Shown here in pieces: positions 18,352 through 27,922 of a stretch of 64,000 nucleotides of DNA. The notes beneath the pieces were generated by a model, which saw only the letters and a program-made list of their open reading frames with translations, was not told where the DNA came from and searched no databases. The DNA is from a virus. Position 1 is the first letter of the stretch, and each line of letters opens with the position of its first letter. The position numbers and the translations under genes were made by a program. The DNA is taken from positions 1 through 64,000 of the IMG/VR virus record IMGVR_UViG_3300045007_000250, one strand, 5' to 3'.

Positions 18352-18982
18352 GCACAGAGGGCGTGGGCCGCACCCCACGATACAGGCCGATTCGTGCTCC
18401 ACGGTGCGTGAGCTTGGTCCGCGTGACATGGAGATTATGAATTTGCCCGCTGCTTTTTGGGGCACTACTCTGAGCGGATTGCCGTTGGGACCGGCGCGGG
18501 TGGCGGTGGACAGATTCGTTCGGCAGACCGTGGAAGCCATGCGCAGCCCCGTGCACACCTGTTTCATCTTTCATGGGAACCTCGCCGTGGGTAACGATGC
18601 CGCGTCCATCATGGCGAAGAAGTCACGGGCGCATGGTTTTCGCGTTTTGTTTGTGTACGCGACCGACTTGGTGCGTCTCTGCATGGAAGACGACCTCTCG
18701 CCGGACGATGAGCAGACGTTTGAAGAGCGCCTTTACACCACCGACCTTTTGGTGATCTCCGGCCTTGGGATGGAAAGCACCACGGACAAGTTTCGGGAGC
18801 TTTTCGGAAGCATTTTGCAGACGCGACAGAACGAGCTTTTCAAGACCGTGTTGGTTTCTGGCTTGTCCCTTTCGGTGTTGCGTTCTCACTACAAGGGGGC
18901 CATTTCTGGACTTTTTGAGGGGCGCGGACTTCAAATACCGTGCGGGGATGCAAGCGATTGCACCGGGGGTGAGAAGAGATGA
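18341..18982 (+). CDS. DnaC/IstB-like helicase loader with degenerate Walker motifs
   Basis: FIFHGNLAVGND at Walker A, DLLVISGLGME at Walker B; lies between initiator and DnaB. Confidence 0.65.
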   Translation: MTNEHRGRGPHPTIQADSCSTVRELGPRDMEIMNLPAAFWGTTLSGLPLGPARVAVDRFVRQTVEAMRSPVHTCFIFHGNLAVGNDAASIMAKKSRAHGFRVLFVYATDLVRLCMEDDLSPDDEQTFEERLYTTDLLVISGLGMESTTDKFRELFGSILQTRQNELFKTVLVSGLSLSVLRSHYKGAISGLFEGRGLQIPCGDASDCTGGEKR

Positions 18983-20256
18983 GCCAGCTTGAGCAAGACC
19001 TTCTCTCCCGTGTGCTCCGGCACCCCGAAGAATTGAAAGAAGTGTTGACGCACTCTCTTACCGACCGGCATTTTCGTGACCCGTCGAGGCTGGATGTGTT
19101 CAAGTACATCATGGGCGTTCGCCGGACCACGGGAAAGGTGCCAAGCCCTGAGACTGTGGCCCGGTACACCGGCTTCACCGCGTCTGATCCGCCGGAGACG
19201 GCCAAGTTCTATTGTCTTGAGATGGTGAAGCGGGCGACCTTCTATGCGTTGCAAGAAGGTGTGAATACCGCGGTGGACATGCTCAACGCCGGGAACGTGT
19301 ATGATGCGGTCAGACAGGTGGCGTTGGCACATCGGGATGCGGCACGGGAAGCCGCGTACCAGCATGAGGTATTTTCCACGGAAGCGGTTGAATTGCGTGA
19401 AGAGCGGTATGACAAGGCCAAGGCTCGCGGCGGGGAGCCGGAAGGCTGGCCAATGCCTTGGGAACCTTTGACGAAGGCGACGATGGGATGGCGTCCAAGC
19501 CTGCTCGGTTTGATTGCGGCCCGCACTGGCGTCGGCAAAACGATGCAAATGATAATGCACGCCGACTGTGCGTGGTCGGCGGGGGCCAAGGTAACGATCA
19601 TTTCGCCTGAAATGTCCCCCCAATCCTTGCAGCTTCGCCACGATGCCTACGTTGCGCAGGTGCCAATGAGTCGTCTTTTGGAAGGCACTTTGTCGGAAGA
19701 CGATGAGGCGGAGTACCGGCGCACACTTGGTCTGCTCCGGTCCTACGAAGGGATCAAGATTGTCGGGCACAACATGGCCGCGACGGTGCCGGACGTGATT
19801 GCCACGATTGAACGGACGGAGCCGGATATTCTTTTCATTGACAGCCTTTATCTGGTCCGCCCCACCCACTTTTCCGCCCGGATGAGTCGGAATGACCGTT
19901 TGGCGGAGTTGGGTGATGAGATGGCGACGTTGGCGAACGATTACAAGATTCCCATTGTCGGATGCGTGCAGATCAACCGACAGCAGAAGAAGGGCGCGAA
20001 GGAAGTGGACACCGAAAACATCTACGGCACGGATGTTTTCGGGCAGCACGCCAGCATCATTCTTGGGATGGTGCAGTACCCCGAAGACAAGGCGGAAGGG
20101 TCCATGCACCTTTCCTGCTTCAAAAACCGTGACGGCCTCGTGTGTGCCTTGAAGGTGCGGTGGGACTTTGAGGACATGGTGTTTGACACCGTGGCCTTCG
20201 AGATGGGAGTGACCATGTTGAAACCGGCCAGGCCGCCGGTGGTGAAGGTGTGGTGA
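18979..20256 (+). CDS. dnaB: DnaB-like replicative helicase
   Basis: AARTGVGKT, SPEM, ILFIDSLY, QINR, KNRDG. Confidence 0.92.
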   Translation: MSQLEQDLLSRVLRHPEELKEVLTHSLTDRHFRDPSRLDVFKYIMGVRRTTGKVPSPETVARYTGFTASDPPETAKFYCLEMVKRATFYALQEGVNTAVDMLNAGNVYDAVRQVALAHRDAAREAAYQHEVFSTEAVELREERYDKAKARGGEPEGWPMPWEPLTKATMGWRPSLLGLIAARTGVGKTMQMIMHADCAWSAGAKVTIISPEMSPQSLQLRHDAYVAQVPMSRLLEGTLSEDDEAEYRRTLGLLRSYEGIKIVGHNMAATVPDVIATIERTEPDILFIDSLYLVRPTHFSARMSRNDRLAELGDEMATLANDYKIPIVGCVQINRQQKKGAKEVDTENIYGTDVFGQHASIILGMVQYPEDKAEGSMHLSCFKNRDGLVCALKVRWDFEDMVFDTVAFEMGVTMLKPARPPVVKVW

Positions 20257-20336
20257 TGGGCTGTTGTTGAGGAGGGGGTTGGGGCGGTGGATGTGCGTTT
20301 GAGGCAGACGACGACCTTCCCTTGTGAGGGTGAGAG

Positions 20337-21434
20337 ATGAACACGGTTGATTTACATTCTTTGGCCCGGATGCTTGATTTGCAAGCCGAGACTGTGACCG
20401 GTAACGTGATGATGCTTTGCCCGTTTTCCCCGTGGTTGCATGGAAAAAGCAGGATGCAGAATCCGCCGGGGAGCATGAGTCTGCAAGTCAGCGAGGGGGA
20501 ATCCAAGTGGCACTGTTTTGCGTGCAACCGTGCAGGGCACAATCTTTACGGATTGCTTTTCCAAATCAATTACTTAGGCTTTTTCAAAGCCCGCGGTGGT
20601 GAGGAATCTTATAAACGTGTCTTGGCTTTTGTGGAAGCGCGGGAGAAGCGTGTTGCCCCATCTCGTCGGTCGTATGAGGATGCGGTGATGATGCCTCGTT
20701 TGGTGAGCCTCTATTCGGCTCCGCCGGAAGACGTGCCGATGTATGACGACGGGCGGTTAGATCGCATGTCTATTCCTCTTACGAACCCGGCAGCGTCTCC
20801 CGCGTTGGCGTATTTGCGGGATCGCCATGTGTTACCGGAGACGTGGGAGACATTGGAGATTCGGTACGATCAGTTGCATGACCGGGTGGTTTTTCCCGTG
20901 CGGTGGTTTGGCGGGCAACTTGTGGGTGCTCTTGGCCGGTTGATTCATCCGCCGCGGGAGATTGAAGTGGTGCGTGATGGAAAGAAGGTCACGGAGAAGG
21001 AGAAGCCGCACCACACCTACTGGAATTTTCCGAAGGGGCAGGTGCTCCACGGGGAGCATTTGCTTCGCCCGGAGCCGGTGGTGGTGGTGGAGGGGCCGTT
21101 TGACCATGTGCGTGTTCGGCAGGCGGGTTTCAACGTGGTGGACACGGCGGGGGCCGGGTTTGCACAGGAACAGGCGGATAAATTGGTGGAGTTCGGTCAA
21201 CCGGTAGTGATCTTTTATGACCCGGATAGGGCTGGTCAGATAAACGGTGACAAACTCCATAGTGCTATTGTGAAACAAGGTGGACGTGCGGTACTCTACC
21301 TTCCGGTGGTGCTCGGCAAAGATGCGGGGAGCCACACGGAAGAGGAAGTGAAGGCCGCGCTTGGTCCACTCATAGAATCGTTGTCTGGCGGTTTGGCACG
21401 CCGGGTAAGCGGCGCTCCGATACATTGGGACTAA
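20337..21434 (+). CDS. dnaG: DnaG-like primase
   Basis: CPF..H / CFAC zinc finger; TOPRIM VVVEGPFD and YDPDRAG. Confidence 0.9.
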   Translation: MNTVDLHSLARMLDLQAETVTGNVMMLCPFSPWLHGKSRMQNPPGSMSLQVSEGESKWHCFACNRAGHNLYGLLFQINYLGFFKARGGEESYKRVLAFVEAREKRVAPSRRSYEDAVMMPRLVSLYSAPPEDVPMYDDGRLDRMSIPLTNPAASPALAYLRDRHVLPETWETLEIRYDQLHDRVVFPVRWFGGQLVGALGRLIHPPREIEVVRDGKKVTEKEKPHHTYWNFPKGQVLHGEHLLRPEPVVVVEGPFDHVRVRQAGFNVVDTAGAGFAQEQADKLVEFGQPVVIFYDPDRAGQINGDKLHSAIVKQGGRAVLYLPVVLGKDAGSHTEEEVKAALGPLIESLSGGLARRVSGAPIHWD

Positions 21435-21447
21435 GAGGGGGAATCGT

Positions 21448-21921
21448 ATGGGTGCAGTACCAACGGCAAAAGTGGTGGGATTGGTAGTCAATCTTGTCAC
21501 GCACACAGACGGTTTGGTTCGCCTCTCGTTTTCCGGTGTCTCGCTGCGGTGCTTCCCGGCGTTGTCCGATTTTTTCGCGGTGAAGTTGACGGGATGCCCG
21601 GTCGGGCAATTTGTCCTTCCTCCGGCATTGCAGCTTGAGGCGGTGACGGACAAACGGGTTGTCCATCTCTTCCAACTCGGCTGCACTACCGCACTTGCCG
21701 GGTATGGTGCACTCAAACAATCACTTGCACCCCTTCTTTCGTCCGAAGAATGTGAAGCCGCGGCTCTCTCCCTGCTTCCTTCCGCCCGTGCTTTGCGGGG
21801 GGAGCTTGAGGCGATTTCCTTGGACGCCGGGGGTTTCTGCAAGCGGTATTCGGATTCCCCGGACCATGAGCTTCGGCAGTTGGCGCGAAAAATTTTCGTG
21901 CTTCTCCACGAATCTTCTTGA
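21448..21921 (+). CDS. Hypothetical protein
   Basis: GAGGGG RBS; operon packing. Confidence 0.55.
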   Translation: MGAVPTAKVVGLVVNLVTHTDGLVRLSFSGVSLRCFPALSDFFAVKLTGCPVGQFVLPPALQLEAVTDKRVVHLFQLGCTTALAGYGALKQSLAPLLSSEECEAAALSLLPSARALRGELEAISLDAGGFCKRYSDSPDHELRQLARKIFVLLHESS

Positions 21922-21946
21922 CAATCCGCAAAGACGCAGTTAGATT
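21918..21946 (+). promoter_or_regulatory. sigma70 promoter
   Basis: TTGACA-17-TAGATT. Confidence 0.7.
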
Positions 21947-22029
21947 TTCGGTAGTGTCCGAGCGTCCCTTGACCTGCGTTGTCAACTTGGGGGACTGCTA
22001 AACTGAAACCTCTTTGAAAGGAGATTCCT

Positions 22030-22674
22030 ATGGCCGTTTCGACTCCCTCGTGGATGAAGGGCAAAGGCACCAAGACGATGGCGCACACCATCAAGGAAGC
22101 CGAAGCCCTCAGCAACCGTGGCCCCCGCCGATTCTGGCTCAAACCCCATACCGATACCGTGATCGTCTTTGTGGACGACGACGCTCCACAGATCATGGAG
22201 CATCAGGTTCGTGCGAACGGGCGGTGGGACAACTTCGCAACGTGCCCCGGCCCGGAGTGCCCCGTGTGCGCCGCCGGTGACACCCCCTATTTGGTGGCCT
22301 TCTGGACCATCATTGATCGGACGCAGTACGTCGGCAAGGACGACAAGACGTACAAGGATCAGGTGCGTCTCTTTGCGGCGAAGCAAAAGGTCATGGAGAA
22401 GTTGCGTCGCCGGTCGGAAGAGTTGATTGCCGGTGGATACGCCAAAGGCTTGCAGGGGATCGTCGTGCAAGTCTTCCGGGGGGACGACAAGACGCCGGGC
22501 AGCGGTGACGACTTCACCATCAAGGCGCAAGCCGCGCCGGAATTGCTGATTGGGCCGGATGGCAAGCTCATCAAGCCCTTCGATTATGAGGCGATTCTGG
22601 CTCCGAATGAAGCCCGTTTGGCGCAGTTCGCCCGGATCGTGTCGGCGGGCGGCGGGAAAGGCGTTCCCTTCTGA
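22030..22674 (+). CDS. Putative phage single-stranded DNA-binding protein
   Basis: H...CPGPECPVC zinc site; C-terminal VPF; directly before the polymerase. Confidence 0.7.
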   Translation: MAVSTPSWMKGKGTKTMAHTIKEAEALSNRGPRRFWLKPHTDTVIVFVDDDAPQIMEHQVRANGRWDNFATCPGPECPVCAAGDTPYLVAFWTIIDRTQYVGKDDKTYKDQVRLFAAKQKVMEKLRRRSEELIAGGYAKGLQGIVVQVFRGDDKTPGSGDDFTIKAQAAPELLIGPDGKLIKPFDYEAILAPNEARLAQFARIVSAGGGKGVPF

Positions 22675-22675
22675 A

Positions 22676-24607
22676 ATGGACTTCAAGTCCGCCCTCATCC
22701 GAACAAAGGACGAATGGTTACGGGAGCGTGCCCGCTTTGAGGCCGCTCCCGTGGTCTCCTTCGATTTTGAAACGGTTTCTCTTGACGATCACACCGTAAC
22801 CGGTCTTTCCTTGGGGATTCCGCCCGTTACGTCGGAAGGCTTCGGGTATGCGGTGTATCTTGGTTTTGAGGACGACTGCGACCTTTCTTTTGATCGTGAT
22901 GTGAAACCTTGGCTTGAGATTCTTTTTGCCGATCCACAGCGGGAAATTGTGGGGGTCAATCTCAAATTTGATACGATGGTGCTTCGTAACAATGGCGTGG
23001 AGAACGTGCCCGGAAATGTCGGCACGGCTCGTATTTTCGATTGTATGGTGGCTTCGTGGATGCTTTCAAATGATGAGCGAAAGCATGGTATTGAAGCCGC
23101 GGCGGAGCGTTTTCTTCATACGACGGTGGTGAAAGACCTTGGTGAGATTCGCAAGCTGAAAGCTACAAATCCAGACCTTTATTGGAAAGAGATGTTGCGC
23201 TACGGGTACGTGGACGCGACGATTCCGTTGCAGCTTCGCTCCGTGATGATTCCGATGCTTCATGCCCGGAATTTGGAAAAGGCTTTCAAAGAACTTGAGA
23301 TGCCGTGCGTTGGTGTGACGACGGAGATGGAGATGGCCGGTATTCCGATGGACACCGTTCATCTGCAAGCGATTGCACCGGGGATTGAAGAGGCGGCGAA
23401 GGCTGCACAGACTGAAGTTTTCAAGTACGCCGGGCGGGAGTTCAACATCGGCTCCCCGGTGCAGTTGTCGGAAGTGCTTTATGAAGGCACTCCGCCACTT
23501 CTTTCGAGTGAGGGCTTGGAGCGCGGAAAGTCGCGGGGCAAGAAGAATCCCAAGCCCGGCGCTTATCCCACTGGTTCTGAAATTCTTAAATACTTTGACC
23601 ACCCTATTGCCAAGGCGGTTCTCGATTGGCGTGGGTCGGAAAAGTTGCTTAGGACATACGTGTATCCTCTCATTGAATTTTCCCATTCCCACGGGGGCCG
23701 GATTTACACGTCTTGGAGGCAGACGGGAACCACAACCGGGCGCTATGCCACTTCCGATCCCCTCAACGTGCAGAATTGGCCTCGGAAAAAGGGACTGATT
23801 CGGAAGGCGGCGAAGGCGTCTCCTGGTTTCGTGATAGTGGCAAGCGACTATTCGCAGATTGAGTTGCGCCTAATGGCTCACCAAAGTTGTGACCCGGTGA
23901 TGATCGCGGCGTACCTGGCGAACGAAGACTTGCACCGGCGTACTGCCGCGTTCCTTTTGCGCATTCCTGAGAGCGAAGTCACTAAAGAGCAGCGACACAT
24001 GGCGAAGGCGGTGAATTTTGGCTTCTTGTACGGAATGTCCGCGCAGTCTTTCGTGGAGTACGCTTTCTTGAATTATGGGGTGACGGTGAGTCCTTCCGAT
24101 GCCGAAGCCTTCCGCAAATCTTTCTTCTTGCTTTATCGTGGGGTTGCTGAATACCACAATTACATGCGTGATTTTGTTTGGGAGAGGGGGTACGCGGAGA
24201 ACGTCATTGGCGAGCGTCGGTATCTGCCGGAACATCGGTCTTCTGATAATTACAAGCGATGGTTGGCGTGGTCGGAAGGCGTGAACTACACGATTCAGGG
24301 GAGCGCGGCGGCGCTTATCAAGATCGCCATGCGCAACATCTACCGTGACTTGATTCGTCCGCACGGGTACAAACGGTCCACCCGGTATGGACGGCTTTTG
24401 ACGTGTTGGGGCGCTCCGTCTCTTGCCCACGAAGTCCGCTTGGTGATGCAGGTGCATGATGAATTGGTGTTTGAGGTACGACAGGAAATTGCGGTGCCTT
24501 TCTCCAAATGGTTGCGTCACAAGATGGAGACTGCGGTAACGGCTTTCAAGATTCCGATTATCGCGGAAGCTGGGATTGGCCCGGACGTGGAAAGTGCGAA
24601 AGTGTAG
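22676..24607 (+). CDS. polA: Family A DNA polymerase with 3'-5' exonuclease
   Basis: SFDFET, NLKFD, DYSQIELR, RHMAKAVNFGFLYG, QVHDELVFE; no 5'-3' exonuclease domain. Confidence 0.96.
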   Translation: MDFKSALIRTKDEWLRERARFEAAPVVSFDFETVSLDDHTVTGLSLGIPPVTSEGFGYAVYLGFEDDCDLSFDRDVKPWLEILFADPQREIVGVNLKFDTMVLRNNGVENVPGNVGTARIFDCMVASWMLSNDERKHGIEAAAERFLHTTVVKDLGEIRKLKATNPDLYWKEMLRYGYVDATIPLQLRSVMIPMLHARNLEKAFKELEMPCVGVTTEMEMAGIPMDTVHLQAIAPGIEEAAKAAQTEVFKYAGREFNIGSPVQLSEVLYEGTPPLLSSEGLERGKSRGKKNPKPGAYPTGSEILKYFDHPIAKAVLDWRGSEKLLRTYVYPLIEFSHSHGGRIYTSWRQTGTTTGRYATSDPLNVQNWPRKKGLIRKAAKASPGFVIVASDYSQIELRLMAHQSCDPVMIAAYLANEDLHRRTAAFLLRIPESEVTKEQRHMAKAVNFGFLYGMSAQSFVEYAFLNYGVTVSPSDAEAFRKSFFLLYRGVAEYHNYMRDFVWERGYAENVIGERRYLPEHRSSDNYKRWLAWSEGVNYTIQGSAAALIKIAMRNIYRDLIRPHGYKRSTRYGRLLTCWGAPSLAHEVRLVMQVHDELVFEVRQEIAVPFSKWLRHKMETAVTAFKIPIIAEAGIGPDVESAKV

Positions 24608-24618
24608 CGTGGTGAAGT

Positions 24619-25965
24619 ATGACGACTCCTTTTGTGGATTCTTGGCTGCACCTACCCGTTGGACCATACAATCCGTCCACGTTGGCCGGGCGTCTGACTT
24701 TTTTGAGCCGAGCGTCCGAGTTTGACCCCACCGGTGCGCAGTCTCAGATAGACCTTTTCAAGATGGAGCCGGGTGGGATCGCCATTCCGCGCAATGCTGC
24801 AATCGTTCCGCGAAGTGTGATCTTGGGTGCAACTGATTGCACTACCGCGGGGGATTATAGGCTTTTCAAAGCCCCGTCCATCACGCTTCGTCCTCATCAA
24901 GAGCCGGTGTTGGCAACCGTGATGGACGCTTTGAGTGGTTCGTATCCTTATGGTGGGATTATCCTGGCGAAGCCGGGAAGCGGAAAGACGGTGATGGCGT
25001 TGGAGGTCGCCCGCCGCCTGTGTCGCACCACCCTGATTTTGGTCCACACGACGGCTTTGATGACGCAGTGGGGAGACCGTATCCGTGAGCATCTTCCGGG
25101 TGCGCGGGTGGGTTTTGTTCGTCAAGGCATGTGTCAGTTCGGTGATAATTACGACTTCGTGGTGGGGATGCTAGAAAGTCTATCCGTCCGACAGTACCCT
25201 TCTGCGTTCTACCGATGGCCGGGTGTGGTGATTACGGATGAGGTTCACCGGCTTGGGGCGGAGACATGGGCACCAGTGATTGTGCAGTTTCCTGCGAAGG
25301 TGCGCCTTGGGTTGACGGCCACCCCGCGACGCAAGGACGGGTTGGAGCCGGTTTTTTTCTGGCACGTCGGGCCGATCATTTCCACGGCGAAGCACGACGC
25401 GATTATGACCCCCACCGTGAAGGTGGTGAAGTACATCAAGACGTACAAACGAAACTTCATTCAGCGAAACGGGAACTTCAACAGGGCGCGGTGGCTTACC
25501 AGTATCGGAGAGGATGCGGAGCGGAATTGGGTGCTCTGCCAGTTCATTTTGAAGGCGTTGCGGAATGGTAGGAAGATTCTTTGTCTTTCTGATCGTCTTG
25601 AGCAGATTGCCGCGGTTCGCACCATGCTTGCTCCCCACGTTCCGACCGGGAAGTGGGTTAGTCCCTACGTTGGGGAGTGTACTCCGGCGGAGCGAATGGA
25701 GGCCGTGGCGTCGGACGTGATTATGGCAACGTACCCGATTGCGGCGGAGGGCTTGGACATACCGGACTTGGACACCCTTATTTTTATGACTCCCCGTGGC
25801 GATGTGGAGCAAGCAGTGGGGCGTATTCAGCGTGTGGTGCCGGGGAAGTTGACGCCGGTAGTCATAGACATTGTGGACGCGGCTTATAGGTTTGGGGTTG
25901 CACTGGCAAAGGTTCGGCGGCGGGTTTACGAAAGAATCGGGGCGATGATGCACGAAGGGCGTTGA
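24619..25965 (+). CDS. Superfamily 2 (DExH) helicase
   Basis: LRPHQ, GSGKT, DEVH, LTATP, EGLDIP, QAVGRIQR. Confidence 0.93.
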   Translation: MTTPFVDSWLHLPVGPYNPSTLAGRLTFLSRASEFDPTGAQSQIDLFKMEPGGIAIPRNAAIVPRSVILGATDCTTAGDYRLFKAPSITLRPHQEPVLATVMDALSGSYPYGGIILAKPGSGKTVMALEVARRLCRTTLILVHTTALMTQWGDRIREHLPGARVGFVRQGMCQFGDNYDFVVGMLESLSVRQYPSAFYRWPGVVITDEVHRLGAETWAPVIVQFPAKVRLGLTATPRRKDGLEPVFFWHVGPIISTAKHDAIMTPTVKVVKYIKTYKRNFIQRNGNFNRARWLTSIGEDAERNWVLCQFILKALRNGRKILCLSDRLEQIAAVRTMLAPHVPTGKWVSPYVGECTPAERMEAVASDVIMATYPIAAEGLDIPDLDTLIFMTPRGDVEQAVGRIQRVVPGKLTPVVIDIVDAAYRFGVALAKVRRRVYERIGAMMHEGR

Positions 25966-25990
25966 CAAGCCCCTTTTGGCGTGTTATAGT
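25962..25990 (+). promoter_or_regulatory. sigma70 promoter
   Basis: TTGACA-17-TATAGT with GGCGTGT. Confidence 0.8.
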
Positions 25991-26024
25991 TAGAAAGGGT
26001 GAAACTTTGAAAGGAGAAACCCCC

Positions 26025-26960
26025 ATGAGAATACCCGTGAAAGCGAGACCAAGGACGAAGGGCGATGCTCTTCTGGTTTCTTCCGCAGCGTCCGGCGGAC
26101 CCGTGCAAGACGGGGAGTTGTCGGAGACCGTGGATACCAGCGTTTTCGACGAGATTGACGGTGTGACGCCTGATCCGGTGGACGACGCCGCTTTGGAGAA
26201 GGAACATCTTGCGGCGGGCGCTTCGGTGGAAGAGGACGCCAATTTGGGTCCGGTGGCCCACATCGAAGACGCAGCGAATATGACGGAAGGCGACGCCGTG
26301 AGCGGTGACAAGCCGGTGACGATTCCCCAGGGCGGCTTGCCGGTACTTGGCAAAGAGGGTGCTGTGGTGACTTCCGGCACCAAGACCGGGCGGTTTACCA
26401 CGGCGGTCTCATCCGTCAAGGAAGTGGAGAAACCGGTGGATTTGGTGAAGGGGCGCGGGGATGCTCCGGTGGAAAAGCATCCGGCTCCGGCTCCCGGTGA
26501 GACGGCGGAGATCATCTTGGTTCCGTCCACCATTACCGTTCGCAAGCAATTCTTGAAAGTCACGGACGGCAAGATGAGGATGGTGCGGGAAGAGGAAAGC
26601 ACGGAGACCATTGCCGTGCATCGCTTCGTAACCATACCGGCGCAGCCGGGGTACACGGCGCAACGCACCGTCAACCTTGGGGACTTCAACTCCCTGAAAG
26701 TCGGCGTGTGGGGCACCGTTCCGTGCTACAAGGAGGAGTACGACGAGGCTTGCCAGTTCATTCAGGAACACACCGACGCTCGCATGGACTCCATTTCGGA
26801 CGCGATTGACAAGAGCATGGAAGGCGGGGACGCACCGGAGACCACGTATGAGAAGACTCCGGTTTCCAAAGACAAGGAAACGGCTCCGGCTTCCGAGACC
26901 CCGGTGGCGGGAAAAGGTGTGCGTGAGATTTCCACGTTCAAGCTCCCGATTGTGAGGTAG
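26025..26960 (+). CDS. Hypothetical acidic protein
   Basis: AAGGAG RBS after promoter. Confidence 0.7.
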   Translation: MRIPVKARPRTKGDALLVSSAASGGPVQDGELSETVDTSVFDEIDGVTPDPVDDAALEKEHLAAGASVEEDANLGPVAHIEDAANMTEGDAVSGDKPVTIPQGGLPVLGKEGAVVTSGTKTGRFTTAVSSVKEVEKPVDLVKGRGDAPVEKHPAPAPGETAEIILVPSTITVRKQFLKVTDGKMRMVREEESTETIAVHRFVTIPAQPGYTAQRTVNLGDFNSLKVGVWGTVPCYKEEYDEACQFIQEHTDARMDSISDAIDKSMEGGDAPETTYEKTPVSKDKETAPASETPVAGKGVREISTFKLPIVR

Positions 26961-26963
26961 GGT

Positions 26964-27725
26964 ATGGACGTGATGGCACAAGCAAAGACGGTCTTGGGGA
27001 CCGCCAAGAAGATTGTGGTGTTGACCGGAGCGGGGATTTCCGTTGAAAGCGGTATCCCCGCCTTTCGCACCGATGCCGACGCCTTGTGGTCGAAGTTTGA
27101 CATGGGCAAGGCCACGCTTTCCTATTTTCTCCATAACCCGGAAGGGTTTTGGAAGGCTCTTGGCCCGTTGGCGGGGAAGTTCATGGGCGCGAAGCCCAAT
27201 GCTGCACATGCGGCTTTGGCCGGTTTGGAGCAGACCGGGCGCTTGAAGGCACTTATCACGCAGAACATTGACGGTCTTCATCAAGAGGCCGGGAGCAAGC
27301 GCGTGATCGAATTTCATGGCAATGCCCGGCGCTTGGTCTGCTTGAAATGCGGCAAGGCGTACTCCGTGGCGGAGATACTTGCCGTGCATGACCCGGAAAA
27401 TGAGACCATCGTTCCGGCGTGTGAGTGTGGACAAATCCTGAAACCGGATGCCACCCTTTTCGGTGAATCAATACCCCCGGATGCGCTCAAGGCTGCGCTC
27501 AAGGCGGTGCGGGGAATGGTGGACGCCATGCTGATTGTCGGTACATCCGGTTCCATTCAACCGGCAAACCAGCTTCCTCAGATCGCCAAAGAGCGCGGTG
27601 TCAAAGTGATCGAAGTCAATCCTTCCCCCACTCCGTACACTCAGCACCGGATTACGGATATTTTTGTGAAGGGGGCTGCGGGGATGGTGCTGCCGCAAAT
27701 TTTGGGGGGAAAATTATGTCAGTAA
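26964..27725 (+). CDS. cobB: Sirtuin NAD-dependent protein deacylase
   Basis: VLTGAGISVESGIP, ITQNIDGLH, HG, CLKC/CECG, VGTSG, EVNP. Confidence 0.93.
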   Translation: MDVMAQAKTVLGTAKKIVVLTGAGISVESGIPAFRTDADALWSKFDMGKATLSYFLHNPEGFWKALGPLAGKFMGAKPNAAHAALAGLEQTGRLKALITQNIDGLHQEAGSKRVIEFHGNARRLVCLKCGKAYSVAEILAVHDPENETIVPACECGQILKPDATLFGESIPPDALKAALKAVRGMVDAMLIVGTSGSIQPANQLPQIAKERGVKVIEVNPSPTPYTQHRITDIFVKGAAGMVLPQILGGKLCQ

Positions 27726-27922
27726 TTGCTACGAAACCGTGTTTTGATTTTGCGGGTGGTCCTGATGCGGGGATTTTGCCTTGTCAAACGGACGGGGCTT
27801 TTTCCGGCAAGGTAGAGTGCCTTGAATTACTTGAGGGCGGGTGTTGGTCCAAGTGTGTGATGGGCAAGCTGCACCCGCTTTACGAGGATTGGAAGTCGTC
27901 AAAGAAAGCGGTGTCAAAGTGA
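27716..27922 (+). CDS. Small Cys-rich hypothetical protein
   Basis: Overlaps both neighbours. Confidence 0.5.
   Translation: MSVIATKPCFDFAGGPDAGILPCQTDGAFSGKVECLELLEGGCWSKCVMGKLHPLYEDWKSSKKAVSK

Noticed and set aside
26964-27725. Sir2 as a Thoeris/DSR-type defence NADase
   Set aside because: Has the canonical CobB-type deacylase layout with zinc ribbon and no defence partner genes
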